64,000 nt of DNA from Bacteroidales bacterium. Its GTDB lineage: Bacteria; Bacteroidota; Bacteroidia; Bacteroidales; DTGW01. Positions 1 to 9,692 of the stretch are shown in pieces. Each line of letters starts with the position of its first letter. The first letter of the stretch is position 1. The stretch lies in NCBI GenBank assembly GCA_026416115.1, contig JAOAFU010000080.1:15899-79898 (forward strand), written 5' to 3'. The position numbers and the translations under genes are program-made. The notes beneath the pieces were generated by a model. It made no database searches and had not been told where the DNA came from. It saw only the letters and a list, made by a program, of their open reading frames with translations.

Positions 1-1699
1 TTATCATGTCAGTCCACCTGAGTTTACCTGTTGCAATTTCGTCGAATTGTTTTTCGACGTTTGCTGTAAACTGGTAGTCCATGATATTGCTAAATTTATC
101 TACCAGAAAATCATTTACTAGCATCCCTATGTCGGTAGGAAAAAGTTTGGCTTTTTCTGCGCCAGTTATTTCTGTCTCGGTTTTCGATAGTATTTTGTTG
201 TTTTTTAGTTCAATAATTCGATACGTCCGCTCGGTACCTGGTCTGTCCTCTTTGACGACATAACCTCTTTGCTGTATGGTGGATATGATGGGTGCATAGG
301 TTGAGGGACGTCCTATACCCAGTTCTTCAAGTTTTTTCACTAAACTAGCTTCGGTGTAACGAGGAGGATGATTTGGGAAACGTTCAATGGCTTGAATTTT
401 CTGGAGAGTAAGAGATTGTTTTGCTTTCAGAGGGGGTAATAAGTTTTTTTTCTGTTCGTTTTCTTCGTCCGATGAGGCTTCGGAGTAAACTTTTAGGAAC
501 CCATCAAATTGCATTATTTCTCCAGTTGCAATAAATCGAAGAGGCTGATTTGATATGTTTATTGTGATAATTGTTTTTTCGAAGAGAGCGTCGCTCATCT
601 GGCTTGCAATAGTACGTTTCCAGATGAGTTCGTACAAACGTTTTTCGGCTTGTGTACCCTGGATAGTCTGTTGTTCCATGTAAGTAGGGCGGATGGCTTC
701 GTGAGCTTCTTGTGCCCCTTTTGTTTTGGTTTTATATTGACGAAGATGATGATAATCGGGCCCAAACAGTTTAACTATCTCTTTTTGAGCAGTATTCAGT
801 GCCAGGTCGGACAGGTTTACCGAGTCGGTTCGCATGTAGGTGATTTTTCCCGACTCGTAAAGACGTTGAGCAATTGACATGGTATAGGCAACCGAAAATC
901 CTAATTTTCGACTTGCATCTTGCTGCAAGGTAGAGGTAGTAAAAGGAGGTGAGGGCGATTTTTTCGCTGGCTTTTTTGTTATCTCTACAATTCTAAATTC
1001 GGCTGTAGCGCATTTTTCGAGGAATGCTTGTGCTTCTTCGAACGTATTGAATTTTTCCTCGAGCTCGGCCTCGAGTACCGATTTTTTATTGTTAATATCG
1101 GTAACCTCAAAAAAGCCTACCACCTTAAAGTGAGAAGAGCTTTTAAAAGTTATTATTTCTCTTTCCCTCTCGACAATTAGTCTAACAGCTACTGATTGTA
1201 CGCGACCGGCAGACAGTTGTGGCTTAACTTTTTTCCACAAAATGGGCGAAAGTTCGAATCCAACAAGTCTGTCCAGTACCCGACGAGCTTGTTGAGCGTC
1301 AACAAGGTTGTAATCAATTCCTCGGGGATTGGCAATGGCTTGGAGGATTGCATTTTTTGTTATTTCATTGAAAACAATTCTACGTGTTTTATTTTCCGGT
1401 AATTCAAGCACTTCGGCTAAGTGCCAAGCAATAGCTTCTCCTTCCCTGTCTTCATCTGACGCAAGCCAAACAGTTTTAGCTTTTTGAGCTAGTTTTTTCA
1501 GCTCGTTTACTATCTTTTTTTTGTCTTCCGATATTACATAGTCGGGATTGAAATTGTTCTGTATATCAATGCCCAGATTTTTTTTCGACAAATCTCTAAT
1601 GTGTCCGTAGCTGGAGACTACATGAAATTCTTTACCAAGAAATTTCTCTATTGTTTTAGCTTTTGCAGGAGACTCAACGATTACAAGGTTTTCTTCCAT
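1..1699 (-). CDS. topA: DNA topoisomerase I, N-terminal part (3' end lies beyond the left window edge)
   Basis: Absent from the ORF track because it runs off the edge. Reverse-strand translation from the ATG at 1699 gives MEENLVIVESPAKAKTIEKFLGKEFHVVSSYGHIRDL...WLASDEDREGEAIAWHL (type IA TOPRIM). The frame is still open at base 2 (...QFDEIATGKLRWTDMI). Confidence 0.9.
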   Translation of the reverse strand, partial: MEENLVIVESPAKAKTIEKFLGKEFHVVSSYGHIRDLSKKNLGIDIQNNFNPDYVISEDKKKIVNELKKLAQKAKTVWLASDEDREGEAIAWHLAEVLELPENKTRRIVFNEITKNAILQAIANPRGIDYNLVDAQQARRVLDRLVGFELSPILWKKVKPQLSAGRVQSVAVRLIVEREREIITFKSSSHFKVVGFFEVTDINNKKSVLEAELEEKFNTFEEAQAFLEKCATAEFRIVEITKKPAKKSPSPPFTTSTLQQDASRKLGFSVAYTMSIAQRLYESGKITYMRTDSVNLSDLALNTAQKEIVKLFGPDYHHLRQYKTKTKGAQEAHEAIRPTYMEQQTIQGTQAEKRLYELIWKRTIASQMSDALFEKTIITINISNQPLRFIATGEIMQFDGFLKVYSEASSDEENEQKKNLLPPLKAKQSLTLQKIQAIERFPNHPPRYTEASLVKKLEELGIGRPSTYAPIISTIQQRGYVVKEDRPGTERTYRIIELKNNKILSKTETEITGAEKAKLFPTDIGMLVNDFLVDKFSNIMDYQFTANVEKQFDEIATGKLRWTDMI

Positions 1700-1970
1700 T
1701 TCCTTCCTAATTTTATGTCTCTTTTTTCAAAAAATTCCTGCACAAAGTAAAAGAATAAGTAGAGTAACTTCAAAATTTTAAACTAAATAATTGTAATTTT
1801 GCCCGAACAGTTATGTCTGTTGGTGGCAAAAAATCTACACTATAAAAGGTTTTAAAAGAAATAGCCGATGAAAATTCGGCAGAGCAATTTCTTTGAATGG
1901 CTTTTGTGTGGTCTAACAGACTTCAAAAAAGGTTCTATGAGGCGTTTTTTAATAAATAAAATATTTGCTC

Positions 1971-4298
1971 ATGAACTATAAAAAGATTTTTTGGATATTG
2001 TATGCAGTTCCTTATGCTCTGTTTTTTTTAATATTTATAGGTATTGCATTAGGAATATTTGGGTTTATGCCCACTTTTGAGGAGCTTGAAAATCCGCGAA
2101 ATAATGTAGCTTCAGAAGTTATATCGTCCGATGGAGTAATGTTAGGTACATACTATTATCAAAATCGTTCATTTGTTAGGTACGATGAAATCTCACCCAA
2201 TGTTATAAATGCTCTGATAGCGACCGAGGATGTGCGATTTTATAAGCATTCAGGGATAGATTTCAGAAGTCTTGCACGTGTATTTTTTAAGACAATTTTA
2301 CTTGGAAGTAATGCTGGTGGAGGTAGTACAATAACACAGCAATTGGCCAAAAATCTTTTTCCGCGCGATACAACTCTTTATAGTTTTTGGGGAACCAGGA
2401 TGATAGCTTTATCGATAGCTAAGTTTAAGGAATGGGTTACTGCTATTAAGCTCGAACGTAATTATACTAAGGATGAGATTATTACCATGTATCTTAATAC
2501 AGTTCCTTTCGGAGGTACTTTGTTTGGTATCAAAATGGCGGCCAGAGCCTATTTTAATAAGACTCCCGATTCACTTAGCATTGAGGAAGCGGCCTTGTTG
2601 GTTGGAATGTTAAAAGCTCCAACACGATATTCACCGGTTCTAAACCCGGAGCGTTCTCTTCAGAGAAGAAACGTAGTACTAGGACAGCTAAAGGAATATA
2701 AATATATTACTGAGCAACAATATGATTCTTTGTTAAAAATTCCTATTCGCCTTAAATACACTCCACAAGATCAGAACGAGGGCATAGCAACCTATTTTAG
2801 AGAAAGATTGCGGATGATTCTTACTGCTAAGGAACCTAAGCGTGCAAATTATTTTGTATACGAAGATTATCAAGCCGATTCGACAGAGTGGGTGCGAAAT
2901 CCTTTATATGGGTGGTGCAATAAGCATACAAAGCCAGATGGCACACCTTATAATCTTTATACCGACGGATTAAAGATTTATACCACTATCGATTCGCGCT
3001 TACAGAAATATGCCGAAGAAGCTGTTACAGAACACTTAAAAAATGATTTGCAAAAAGCTTTTTTCAAGGAAAAAGCTAAAAGTAGAGTGGCTCCTTTTGC
3101 TTACGACCTAACTCCCGACCAGATTAATTACATTATGGAGCTTGCTATTCGTCGTAGTGAGAGATATCGTGTATTACGAAATGCAGGGTATGATTGGGAG
3201 GATATTTTAAAAAATTTCAAGAGAAAAGTACCTATGCGTGTGTTTACTTGGAACGGAGAAAAAGACACGCTGATGACACCTTACGACTCGATTCGATACT
3301 ATAAGTTTTATTTACAGGCAGGTTTGATGTCTGTCGATCCGCATACAGGGCAAGTAAAGGCGTATGTAGGAGGAATTAACTATAAGCATTTTAAGTACGA
3401 CCATGTCATGCTGAGTAAGCGACAAGCTGGTTCGACTATTAAGCCTTTCTTATATACCCTGGCCATGCAGGAGGGTTATTCGCCCTGTTACCGAGTTCCT
3501 AATGTGCCAGTTACCTTTATTGTGGGCGATACTATTTGGAGTCCAAAAAACTCTGGACGTCCCGATTACGAAGGTAAAATGGTTACTTTAAAATGGGGTT
3601 TAGCAAATTCGGTGAATTACATCTCAGCTTGGATTATGAAACAGTTTAATCCACCGTCGGTTATTGAGATTATGCGTAAGATGGGCTTTACCAGTTATTT
3701 GGCGCCCTATCCTTCATTGGTTCTTGGAACCTCTGAGGTTACCCTCTACGAAATGACTGGTGCCTATGCTTGCTACGCCAATAAAGGTATTTTTATTAAA
3801 CCTTTTTTGGTAACAAAAATCGAAGATAAGACGGGCAACGTGATTGCCAGTTTTGTTCCTGAGAAAACTGAAGCTATTAGCGAGCAAACTGCCTATTTGA
3901 TGTTAAGTATGATGGAAGGCGTCGTTAATTCAGGTACTGCTGTTAGGCTGAGGTATATGTATAAATTTACTAATCCCATTGCCGGTAAAACGGGTACTAC
4001 CCAGAATCATTCAGATGGTTGGTTTATTGGGATAACTCCCGACTTAGTAACAGGCGTATGGGTAGGTGCAGAGGACAGAGCTGTTCGATTCGAAAGTCTT
4101 GAGCTTGGTCAAGGGGCAAATATGGCTCTTCCCATTTGGGCTATATACATGAAGAAAATTTATGCCGATAAGTCAATTCTCATCTCCGATGGACCATTTG
4201 CTGTTCCAAGGGATTTTCCTTATTCGACTAATTGTCCCGATGTGGATAAGCAACTCGATGAAAACGATATCCGCATGATTGAGGAAGGAGAGTATTGA
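1971..4298 (+). CDS. mrcA: Class A penicillin-binding protein 1A (glycosyltransferase GT51 + transpeptidase)
   Basis: N-terminal TM segment; GT51 motifs EDVRFYKHSGID and GGSTITQQLAKN; transpeptidase motifs STIKP (SxxK) and KTGTT. The track ORF begins at TTG 1965; the first ATG is at 1971. Confidence 0.9.
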   Translation: MNYKKIFWILYAVPYALFFLIFIGIALGIFGFMPTFEELENPRNNVASEVISSDGVMLGTYYYQNRSFVRYDEISPNVINALIATEDVRFYKHSGIDFRSLARVFFKTILLGSNAGGGSTITQQLAKNLFPRDTTLYSFWGTRMIALSIAKFKEWVTAIKLERNYTKDEIITMYLNTVPFGGTLFGIKMAARAYFNKTPDSLSIEEAALLVGMLKAPTRYSPVLNPERSLQRRNVVLGQLKEYKYITEQQYDSLLKIPIRLKYTPQDQNEGIATYFRERLRMILTAKEPKRANYFVYEDYQADSTEWVRNPLYGWCNKHTKPDGTPYNLYTDGLKIYTTIDSRLQKYAEEAVTEHLKNDLQKAFFKEKAKSRVAPFAYDLTPDQINYIMELAIRRSERYRVLRNAGYDWEDILKNFKRKVPMRVFTWNGEKDTLMTPYDSIRYYKFYLQAGLMSVDPHTGQVKAYVGGINYKHFKYDHVMLSKRQAGSTIKPFLYTLAMQEGYSPCYRVPNVPVTFIVGDTIWSPKNSGRPDYEGKMVTLKWGLANSVNYISAWIMKQFNPPSVIEIMRKMGFTSYLAPYPSLVLGTSEVTLYEMTGAYACYANKGIFIKPFLVTKIEDKTGNVIASFVPEKTEAISEQTAYLMLSMMEGVVNSGTAVRLRYMYKFTNPIAGKTGTTQNHSDGWFIGITPDLVTGVWVGAEDRAVRFESLELGQGANMALPIWAIYMKKIYADKSILISDGPFAVPRDFPYSTNCPDVDKQLDENDIRMIEEGEY

Positions 4299-4356
4299 AA
4301 GCCTAAATGGTTAGTTTATTTTTTTTAGAAAAAGAAAAAATTCTGTTTGCACCTTT

Positions 4357-6018
4357 TTAAAGCGATGCTCGAATGAGCTGTTGAGTATATGCGTGTTGTG
4401 GATTTTCGAATAGGGTATAAGCATTATTTTCTTCGACTATAAGCCCATCTTTGAGAACGATAACCCGATCGGACATAAACCTAACTATGCTTAGATCGTG
4501 CGAAATGAAAATGTAAGAAAGATTAAACTTTAGCTTTAATTCGTTTAAAAGACTAAGAATTTGGGCGGCAATAGTAGCATCGAGCGCCGACACACATTCG
4601 TCGCAGATTATAATTTTGGGTTCAAGTGCTAAAGCTCTTGCAATGGCTATTCTCTGACGTTGTCCTCCCGAAAGCTGATGAGGGTAACGATCGTACCAAT
4701 TTTTATCTATTTGAACCGACTCGAGTAACTCCTTGACACGATCAATCTGTTCTTTTTTTGTTTTGTACAGTCGATGAACTGTAAGGGGTTCTCGAATGAG
4801 TTCACCTATAGTTATTCTAGGGTTAAGCGTGGAATATGGATCTTGAAAAATAATCTGAATTTTTCTGTAAAATTTTTTTCTATCTAATGAAAAGAGTTTA
4901 TTGGCAGGTATTCCTTCGAATAAGATTTCTCCGTCGTAGGAACGTATCAGTTGCATAAGGGTTCGCCCAAGCGTTGTTTTACCACTCCCCGATTCTCCGA
5001 CAATGCCAAGCGTTTCCCCTTCCCAAAGCTGAAGGCTTATTTGTTTCAGAATTTTTTTATCTTTTTTACCAGCAACAAAGCGAGTAGAGGGTAGCTTAAC
5101 TTCAAGATTACGAATCTCTATAATGGGGCTCGCTTGAGTAGGATTATTGTTTGTCGAAATTTTGGGTTTTGTCGGTGGGGAACTATCAAAGGAGCTTTTT
5201 TCTGGAGTATTTTTTTTTAGGGTATGTTGAGTAATTCGGCAAGATAGCAGATGTTGAGTATACATTTCTTTTGGAGAAAGAAAAATATCGGGATTATCAG
5301 CTGTTTCAACCATTTTTCCGTTTTGCATCACGACAACCCTGTCGGCAATACGTTCAATTAGTCTAAGATCGTGGGATATAAATAGGATTGATAGGGCATA
5401 TTTTTGTTGGAGTTGTTTTAGAAGGGTGAGAATTTCCTGCTGGGTTGTAACATCGAGAGCAGTTGTTGGTTCGTCGGCAATCAAGATGTGAGGATTACTA
5501 GCTAAAGCAATGGCCATCATAATACGCTGACGTTGTCCTCCAGAGAGTTCGTGGGGATAGCGCTTATAAATTTTTTCGGGATGAGGTAGTTGCATTTCCT
5601 CAAATAGTTTCAATATGCGTTTTTTTCGCTCGGCAGATGATAATGGGGTATGAAGCTCGAGCATTTCGTCTACCTGATTGCCGCATCGAATTGAGGGATT
5701 CAGAGAGGCCATCGGATCCTGAAAAATGATGGAAATTTTTTTTCCTCTATATTGATTGATTTCTTTTTCTGAGAGAGAGGTTAAATCGATTGATCTTTTT
5801 AGGGTGTAGTCCCTAAAATAAACAGCACCAGAAATGGAAGTTCCTTTAGGCAGAAGACGTAATATAGCATGAGCAGTAGCCGATTTTCCTGAACCCGATT
5901 CACCAACAATACCTAAAGTTTCTTTTGGGAATAATTCGAAATGCAAATTGTCGACTGCCGGAACCGAGCTGCCGGGGAATATTACCCTTAGATCTTTAAC
6001 CTCTAACAGTGGTTCCAT
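4357..6018 (-). CDS. ABC transporter ATP-binding protein with duplicated ATPase domains (DppD/DppF- or YejF-like fusion)
   Basis: Two Walker A motifs (GESGSGKS, GESGSGKT), two LSGGQRQR signatures and two Walker B motifs (ILIADEPT, IIICDECV). An S/P/T/N-rich linker joins the halves, and the C-terminus has an Opp-type PQHAYTQQL motif. No permease gene is adjacent. Confidence 0.85.
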   Translation of the reverse strand: MEPLLEVKDLRVIFPGSSVPAVDNLHFELFPKETLGIVGESGSGKSATAHAILRLLPKGTSISGAVYFRDYTLKRSIDLTSLSEKEINQYRGKKISIIFQDPMASLNPSIRCGNQVDEMLELHTPLSSAERKKRILKLFEEMQLPHPEKIYKRYPHELSGGQRQRIMMAIALASNPHILIADEPTTALDVTTQQEILTLLKQLQQKYALSILFISHDLRLIERIADRVVVMQNGKMVETADNPDIFLSPKEMYTQHLLSCRITQHTLKKNTPEKSSFDSSPPTKPKISTNNNPTQASPIIEIRNLEVKLPSTRFVAGKKDKKILKQISLQLWEGETLGIVGESGSGKTTLGRTLMQLIRSYDGEILFEGIPANKLFSLDRKKFYRKIQIIFQDPYSTLNPRITIGELIREPLTVHRLYKTKKEQIDRVKELLESVQIDKNWYDRYPHQLSGGQRQRIAIARALALEPKIIICDECVSALDATIAAQILSLLNELKLKFNLSYIFISHDLSIVRFMSDRVIVLKDGLIVEENNAYTLFENPQHAYTQQLIRASL

Positions 6019-6500
6019 TAGTATTTACGTTTAATGATTACTTTATTTCCATTTAGGAAAGCTTTCCAGTTGTGGTTAAGTAAACGCTCGGCGTAACGCA
6101 GATATAAACGTGACCGAATACTTGGTCGATTTTTATCGTTCAGCTCATCTTCTTTAAATTCACCGGCAAACTCATAAGAGAGGGTAAAATTGTGGTGACG
6201 GTGAAACATTTTCATTATCTCGATAACCGTAGCTATCACGCTGAAAATTTCACCTCTGTTGGTTACTGGATAATCGTCTTCGAATTCATCGCTTTCGACA
6301 GTAAAATTTACAACTATATCAAGGATATTTCCTGCTTTTGGGGCAAAACGCACTTCATATAACAAATTGCTTCGGGTAGTAAAATGATACACATAACCCG
6401 TTTCAATGGGAGGTGGTTCGATGGGAAAAACCTCACATACAGGTTTGTAGTCGGGAAGAATCAAATAGTCGTATCGGGAGTCTTCAGCCGTAACGTTCAT
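6018..6500 (-). CDS. Hypothetical cytoplasmic protein (160 aa), translationally coupled to the ABC ATPase
   Basis: Intact ORF. Its TAA stop shares one base with the ATG of the downstream ABC gene (TAATG at 6016-6020). I recognise no motif in it. Confidence 0.5.
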   Translation of the reverse strand: MNVTAEDSRYDYLILPDYKPVCEVFPIEPPPIETGYVYHFTTRSNLLYEVRFAPKAGNILDIVVNFTVESDEFEDDYPVTNRGEIFSVIATVIEIMKMFHRHHNFTLSYEFAGEFKEDELNDKNRPSIRSRLYLRYAERLLNHNWKAFLNGNKVIIKRKY

Positions 6501-6583
6501 ACGAAAGAGTCATTCGAACGTGTAAAAATAACTATTTTCCTTTTTACATTTACGCTATGGTTTGTTTTTTCCCTACTTTAAAT

Positions 6584-7279
6584 CTAAGTAATTTGCCAAT
6601 CGACAGGTTCGATACCGTTATTAATAAGGTATGCGTTTGCTTTTGAAAAGTGTCTGCAACCAAAAAATCCATTATAAGCCGAGAAGGGAGAGGGGTGGGC
6701 GGCTTTAAGAACCAAGTGACGGCTAGGGTCGATCAACGATTCTTTAGCTTTAGCATCGTTGCCCCAAAGAAAAAAAACAAGGTTTTTTCGGACTTTTGCT
6801 AAACGTTCTACGGCTGTATTGGTAAATATTTCCCATCCTTTATTAAAATGAGAACGGGGCTGATTAGCCCTTACAGTTAAAGTTGCATTTAGTAACAAAA
6901 CACCATTATCGGCCCATTTTTCGAGGCACCCATGAGGGGGTGGACTAATGCCCAAATCCGATTGAAGTTCCTTAAATATGTTTACTAAAGAAGGAGGAGG
7001 TTGAATACCTTTGGGCACAGAAAAACAAAGCCCATGTGCCTGTCCTTGTCCATGATAAGGGTCTTGTCCCATAATCACCACTTTTACTTTATCGACAGGA
7101 GTTTTGTTAAAGGCATTGAAAATAAGCTGCCCCGGAGGATAAACAATATATTTTTTTTTCTCCTCAATCAGGAAAGCTTTTAACTCTTTGAAATAAGCCG
7201 CATCAAACTGATCATATAGTAGCTGTTTCCAGCTTTCTTCAATTTGCACACCTTCTGCTGCCATATGCAAGAAAAACAT
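6584..7279 (-). CDS. ung: Uracil-DNA glycosylase, family 1
   Basis: Catalytic water-activating loop GQDPYHGQGQAHGLCFSV, the LLLNATLTV motif and the HPSPFSA leucine-loop region. An alternative start, MAAEGVQ, lies at 7264. Confidence 0.9.
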   Translation of the reverse strand: MFFLHMAAEGVQIEESWKQLLYDQFDAAYFKELKAFLIEEKKKYIVYPPGQLIFNAFNKTPVDKVKVVIMGQDPYHGQGQAHGLCFSVPKGIQPPPSLVNIFKELQSDLGISPPPHGCLEKWADNGVLLLNATLTVRANQPRSHFNKGWEIFTNTAVERLAKVRKNLVFFLWGNDAKAKESLIDPSRHLVLKAAHPSPFSAYNGFFGCRHFSKANAYLINNGIEPVDWQIT

Positions 7280-9139
7280 TTAATCGGGATCGAACACGTA
7301 TTGGCCTAATTTTTCTTTGATCGAAATAACGTCAGTTTTGGCCAATAGAAAATTGTTTAACACAAGGTAATCGATATCGGTATTGACGAAACATCTAAGA
7401 GCATCCTCCGGAGAGCACACGATAGGTTCGCCACGAACATTAAAACTGGTATTGATGAGTATGCCATACCCAGTGAGTTTTTTGAAAGCGTTAATCAATG
7501 TCCAAAAACGAGGGTTGATTTGTTTGTTTACAGTTTGTATGCGTGCAGTATAATCGATGTGGGTAACGGCGGGGATATCGGAACGTACAAAGTACAATCG
7601 GTCGAAAAGTTTGTCGGAGTTTAGAATATGCTCGGGTATATCGTAGCAGCGTTCTTTTTTAACCTTATCGATCAGAAGCATATAGGGCGATTTAAAGCCA
7701 TGTTCCATGAAGTTCAGGGAATCTTCTTCGAGTAACGATGGAGCAAAAGGGCGAAAACTTTCGCGGAATTTAATTTTCAGATTCATGCGTTTTTGCATTT
7801 CGGGATTTCTTGCATCGCCGAGTATGCTCCTATTACCAAGGGCACGTGGGCCGTATTCCATTCTACCCTGAAACCAACCTACAACATTTCCTTCAGCAAT
7901 CAAACTGGCTACTTTTTCGGCAAGTTCGTTGAAGTTTTCGAAATAAGAAGCAGAAATGGAAAATTTGTCTATAATTTTACTTATATATTCGTTTGTATAT
8001 GAGGGGCCGAGATAAGCACCTTGCATCGAATCAAGGGGTCGAGTTGGCCTAGTATTTTGAAAATAGATGTGCCAAGCTGCCAATGCAGCACCTAAAGCTC
8101 CTCCTGCATCGCCAGCAGCAGGTTGAATCCATATATCATCAAAAATTTTATTTTCGAGTATTTTACTATTCGATACGCAATTGAGCGCTACTCCGCCAGC
8201 CATCACCAGATTGGAGCAACCAGTTATTTTCCTTGCAGTTTGTGCAAGTTGTATTACAATATGGTCGGTGATTTCTTGAATAGCTAATGCCATATCCATG
8301 TATGGCTGAGAGATGGGTTCGTTGGGTTGACGTGGAGGAAAACCAAAAAGAGCTTTCCAACGTCGATTGCTTGTCATAGTCAAACCAGTTGCATAGTTGA
8401 AATATTTCATGTTAAGCAATATCGAACCATCAGGACGTATGTCCACCAGATGTTTAAGAATTAGCTCTTTGAAATGCTCGACCTGTTTCGAACCTTTCTG
8501 ACCATAGGGTGCTAGCCCCATCAGTTTATATTCACCACTGTTTACTTTAAATCCGCAATAATAAGTAAATGCAGAGTAAAGCAGGCCCACCGAGTGAGGA
8601 AAATGAAGCTCTTTAAGCAGCGTGATTTGGTTTCCTTCTCCAATACCTATAGTTGTTGTAGCCCATTCTCCGACGCCATCGATTGTAAGAATAGCTGCTT
8701 TTTCGAAGGGTGATGGAAAAAAAGCACTGGCTGCATGCGAAAGATGATGTTCGGGAAAAAGAAGAGGGACTTGGTTTGGAATACCTGTTTCTTTAAGTTT
8801 TTTTCGAAGCTGTTGCTTCATAAAAAGTTTGTCTTTGATCCAAACCGGTATAGCGGTTGCAAAACTTTTAAAACCTCGGGGTGCAAAGGCATGATATGTT
8901 TCTAAAAGGCGTTCGAATTTTATCAAAGGCTTCTCGTAAAATACGACTGCCGTCAGGTCGGATGGGTCGATAGCTGCTTCGGACATAACGTATCGAATAG
9001 CGTGAGAGGGAAAACCTGCATCGTGTTTTTTTCTTGTAAAACGTTCTTCTTGAACAGCTGCAATAATTTCGCCATCCTTAAGAAGCGCGGCAGCACTGTC
9101 GTGATAATATGCCGATATTCCCAGAATATAAGAAGGCAT
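7280..9139 (-). CDS. Carbamoyltransferase (NodU/CmcH/SxtI family)
   Basis: N-terminus MPSYILGISAYYHDSAAALLKDGEIIAAVQEERFTRKKHD is typical of the family, and the length is ~620 aa. The track ORF extends to 9169, but that extension would overlap the upstream 49-aa ORF. With ATG 9139 the two genes are 1 nt apart. Confidence 0.85.
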   Translation of the reverse strand: MPSYILGISAYYHDSAAALLKDGEIIAAVQEERFTRKKHDAGFPSHAIRYVMSEAAIDPSDLTAVVFYEKPLIKFERLLETYHAFAPRGFKSFATAIPVWIKDKLFMKQQLRKKLKETGIPNQVPLLFPEHHLSHAASAFFPSPFEKAAILTIDGVGEWATTTIGIGEGNQITLLKELHFPHSVGLLYSAFTYYCGFKVNSGEYKLMGLAPYGQKGSKQVEHFKELILKHLVDIRPDGSILLNMKYFNYATGLTMTSNRRWKALFGFPPRQPNEPISQPYMDMALAIQEITDHIVIQLAQTARKITGCSNLVMAGGVALNCVSNSKILENKIFDDIWIQPAAGDAGGALGAALAAWHIYFQNTRPTRPLDSMQGAYLGPSYTNEYISKIIDKFSISASYFENFNELAEKVASLIAEGNVVGWFQGRMEYGPRALGNRSILGDARNPEMQKRMNLKIKFRESFRPFAPSLLEEDSLNFMEHGFKSPYMLLIDKVKKERCYDIPEHILNSDKLFDRLYFVRSDIPAVTHIDYTARIQTVNKQINPRFWTLINAFKKLTGYGILINTSFNVRGEPIVCSPEDALRCFVNTDIDYLVLNNFLLAKTDVISIKEKLGQYVFDPD

Positions 9140-9140
9140 C

Positions 9141-9290
9141 TTAGAACAGGGTATAAATAAAAGGTGCAATGGCTGTACCTGCAGTCAAAAAAATGATGAT
9201 ACCAAATAAAAGCAATACTATTATAAGCGGAAGCAGCCAGAATTTTTTTCTAACCTTCAAAAATTGCCATAATTCTTTTAGAAAATCCAT
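9141..9290 (-). CDS. Small single-TM protein, SxtK/DUF5989-like (49 aa)
   Basis: Below the ORF-track size cutoff. Manual translation gives MDFLKELWQFLKVRKKFWLLPLIIVLLLFGIIIFLTAGTAIAPFIYTLF*. It fits exactly between the SxtJ-like gene and the carbamoyltransferase. The KKFWLLP...APFIYTLF pattern matches my memory of small proteins found next to carbamoyltransferases. Confidence 0.7.
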   Translation of the reverse strand: MDFLKELWQFLKVRKKFWLLPLIIVLLLFGIIIFLTAGTAIAPFIYTLF

Positions 9291-9301
9291 CATTTGTCCT
9301 C

Positions 9302-9682
9302 CTAAAAAGTGTTCGACATGTCTTTAGGTGTAAAAGTATAATTTCTTTCGTGAAAAACAGATTCGTCACCTTTTTTAAATTTTTTTAGCTTCAGGGGATC
9401 TTTACCTAGTAGTTTTCGAACCAACGCCATAGGTACAACAAAAATCCAATAAACTACATTAAGAAAAATGAAAGAAGCAATATGACCTAAGAGATCGGAT
9501 AAGTTGTACCACAAAAAGGAAAAAGGGAAAAATATTTTTGGAATAAGAAGAGCAATCAAAAGTAAAGTCAAGAGCAGCGTATCGGGAAGGGTGATATTCC
9601 CTAGTATTTTAATCAGCAAAATTAGTAACAACAAGGCAAGTCCTGCGTCTTGGTTTTCTTTTTTAGAGAATGTTTTACGCAT
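9302..9682 (-). CDS. SxtJ-like membrane protein
   Basis: 126 aa with 3 predicted TM segments followed by a basic tail. Size, architecture and position beside a carbamoyltransferase match the SxtJ family. Confidence 0.6.
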   Translation of the reverse strand: MRKTFSKKENQDAGLALLLLILLIKILGNITLPDTLLLTLLLIALLIPKIFFPFSFLWYNLSDLLGHIASFIFLNVVYWIFVVPMALVRKLLGKDPLKLKKFKKGDESVFHERNYTFTPKDMSNTF

Positions 9683-9692
9683 GTTGAATTAA

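Noticed and set aside
81-1402. Three plus-strand ORFs of 60-75 aa (81-263, 650-877, 1196-1402)
   Set aside because: They lie antisense inside the clearly coding minus-strand topA gene. Their low-complexity translations have no motifs, so they are shadow ORFs.
9140-9169. N-terminal extension of the carbamoyltransferase ORF (MHLLFIPCSK...)
   Set aside because: The extension would overlap the 49-aa SxtK-like ORF. The family-typical N-terminus MPSYILGIS begins at ATG 9139.
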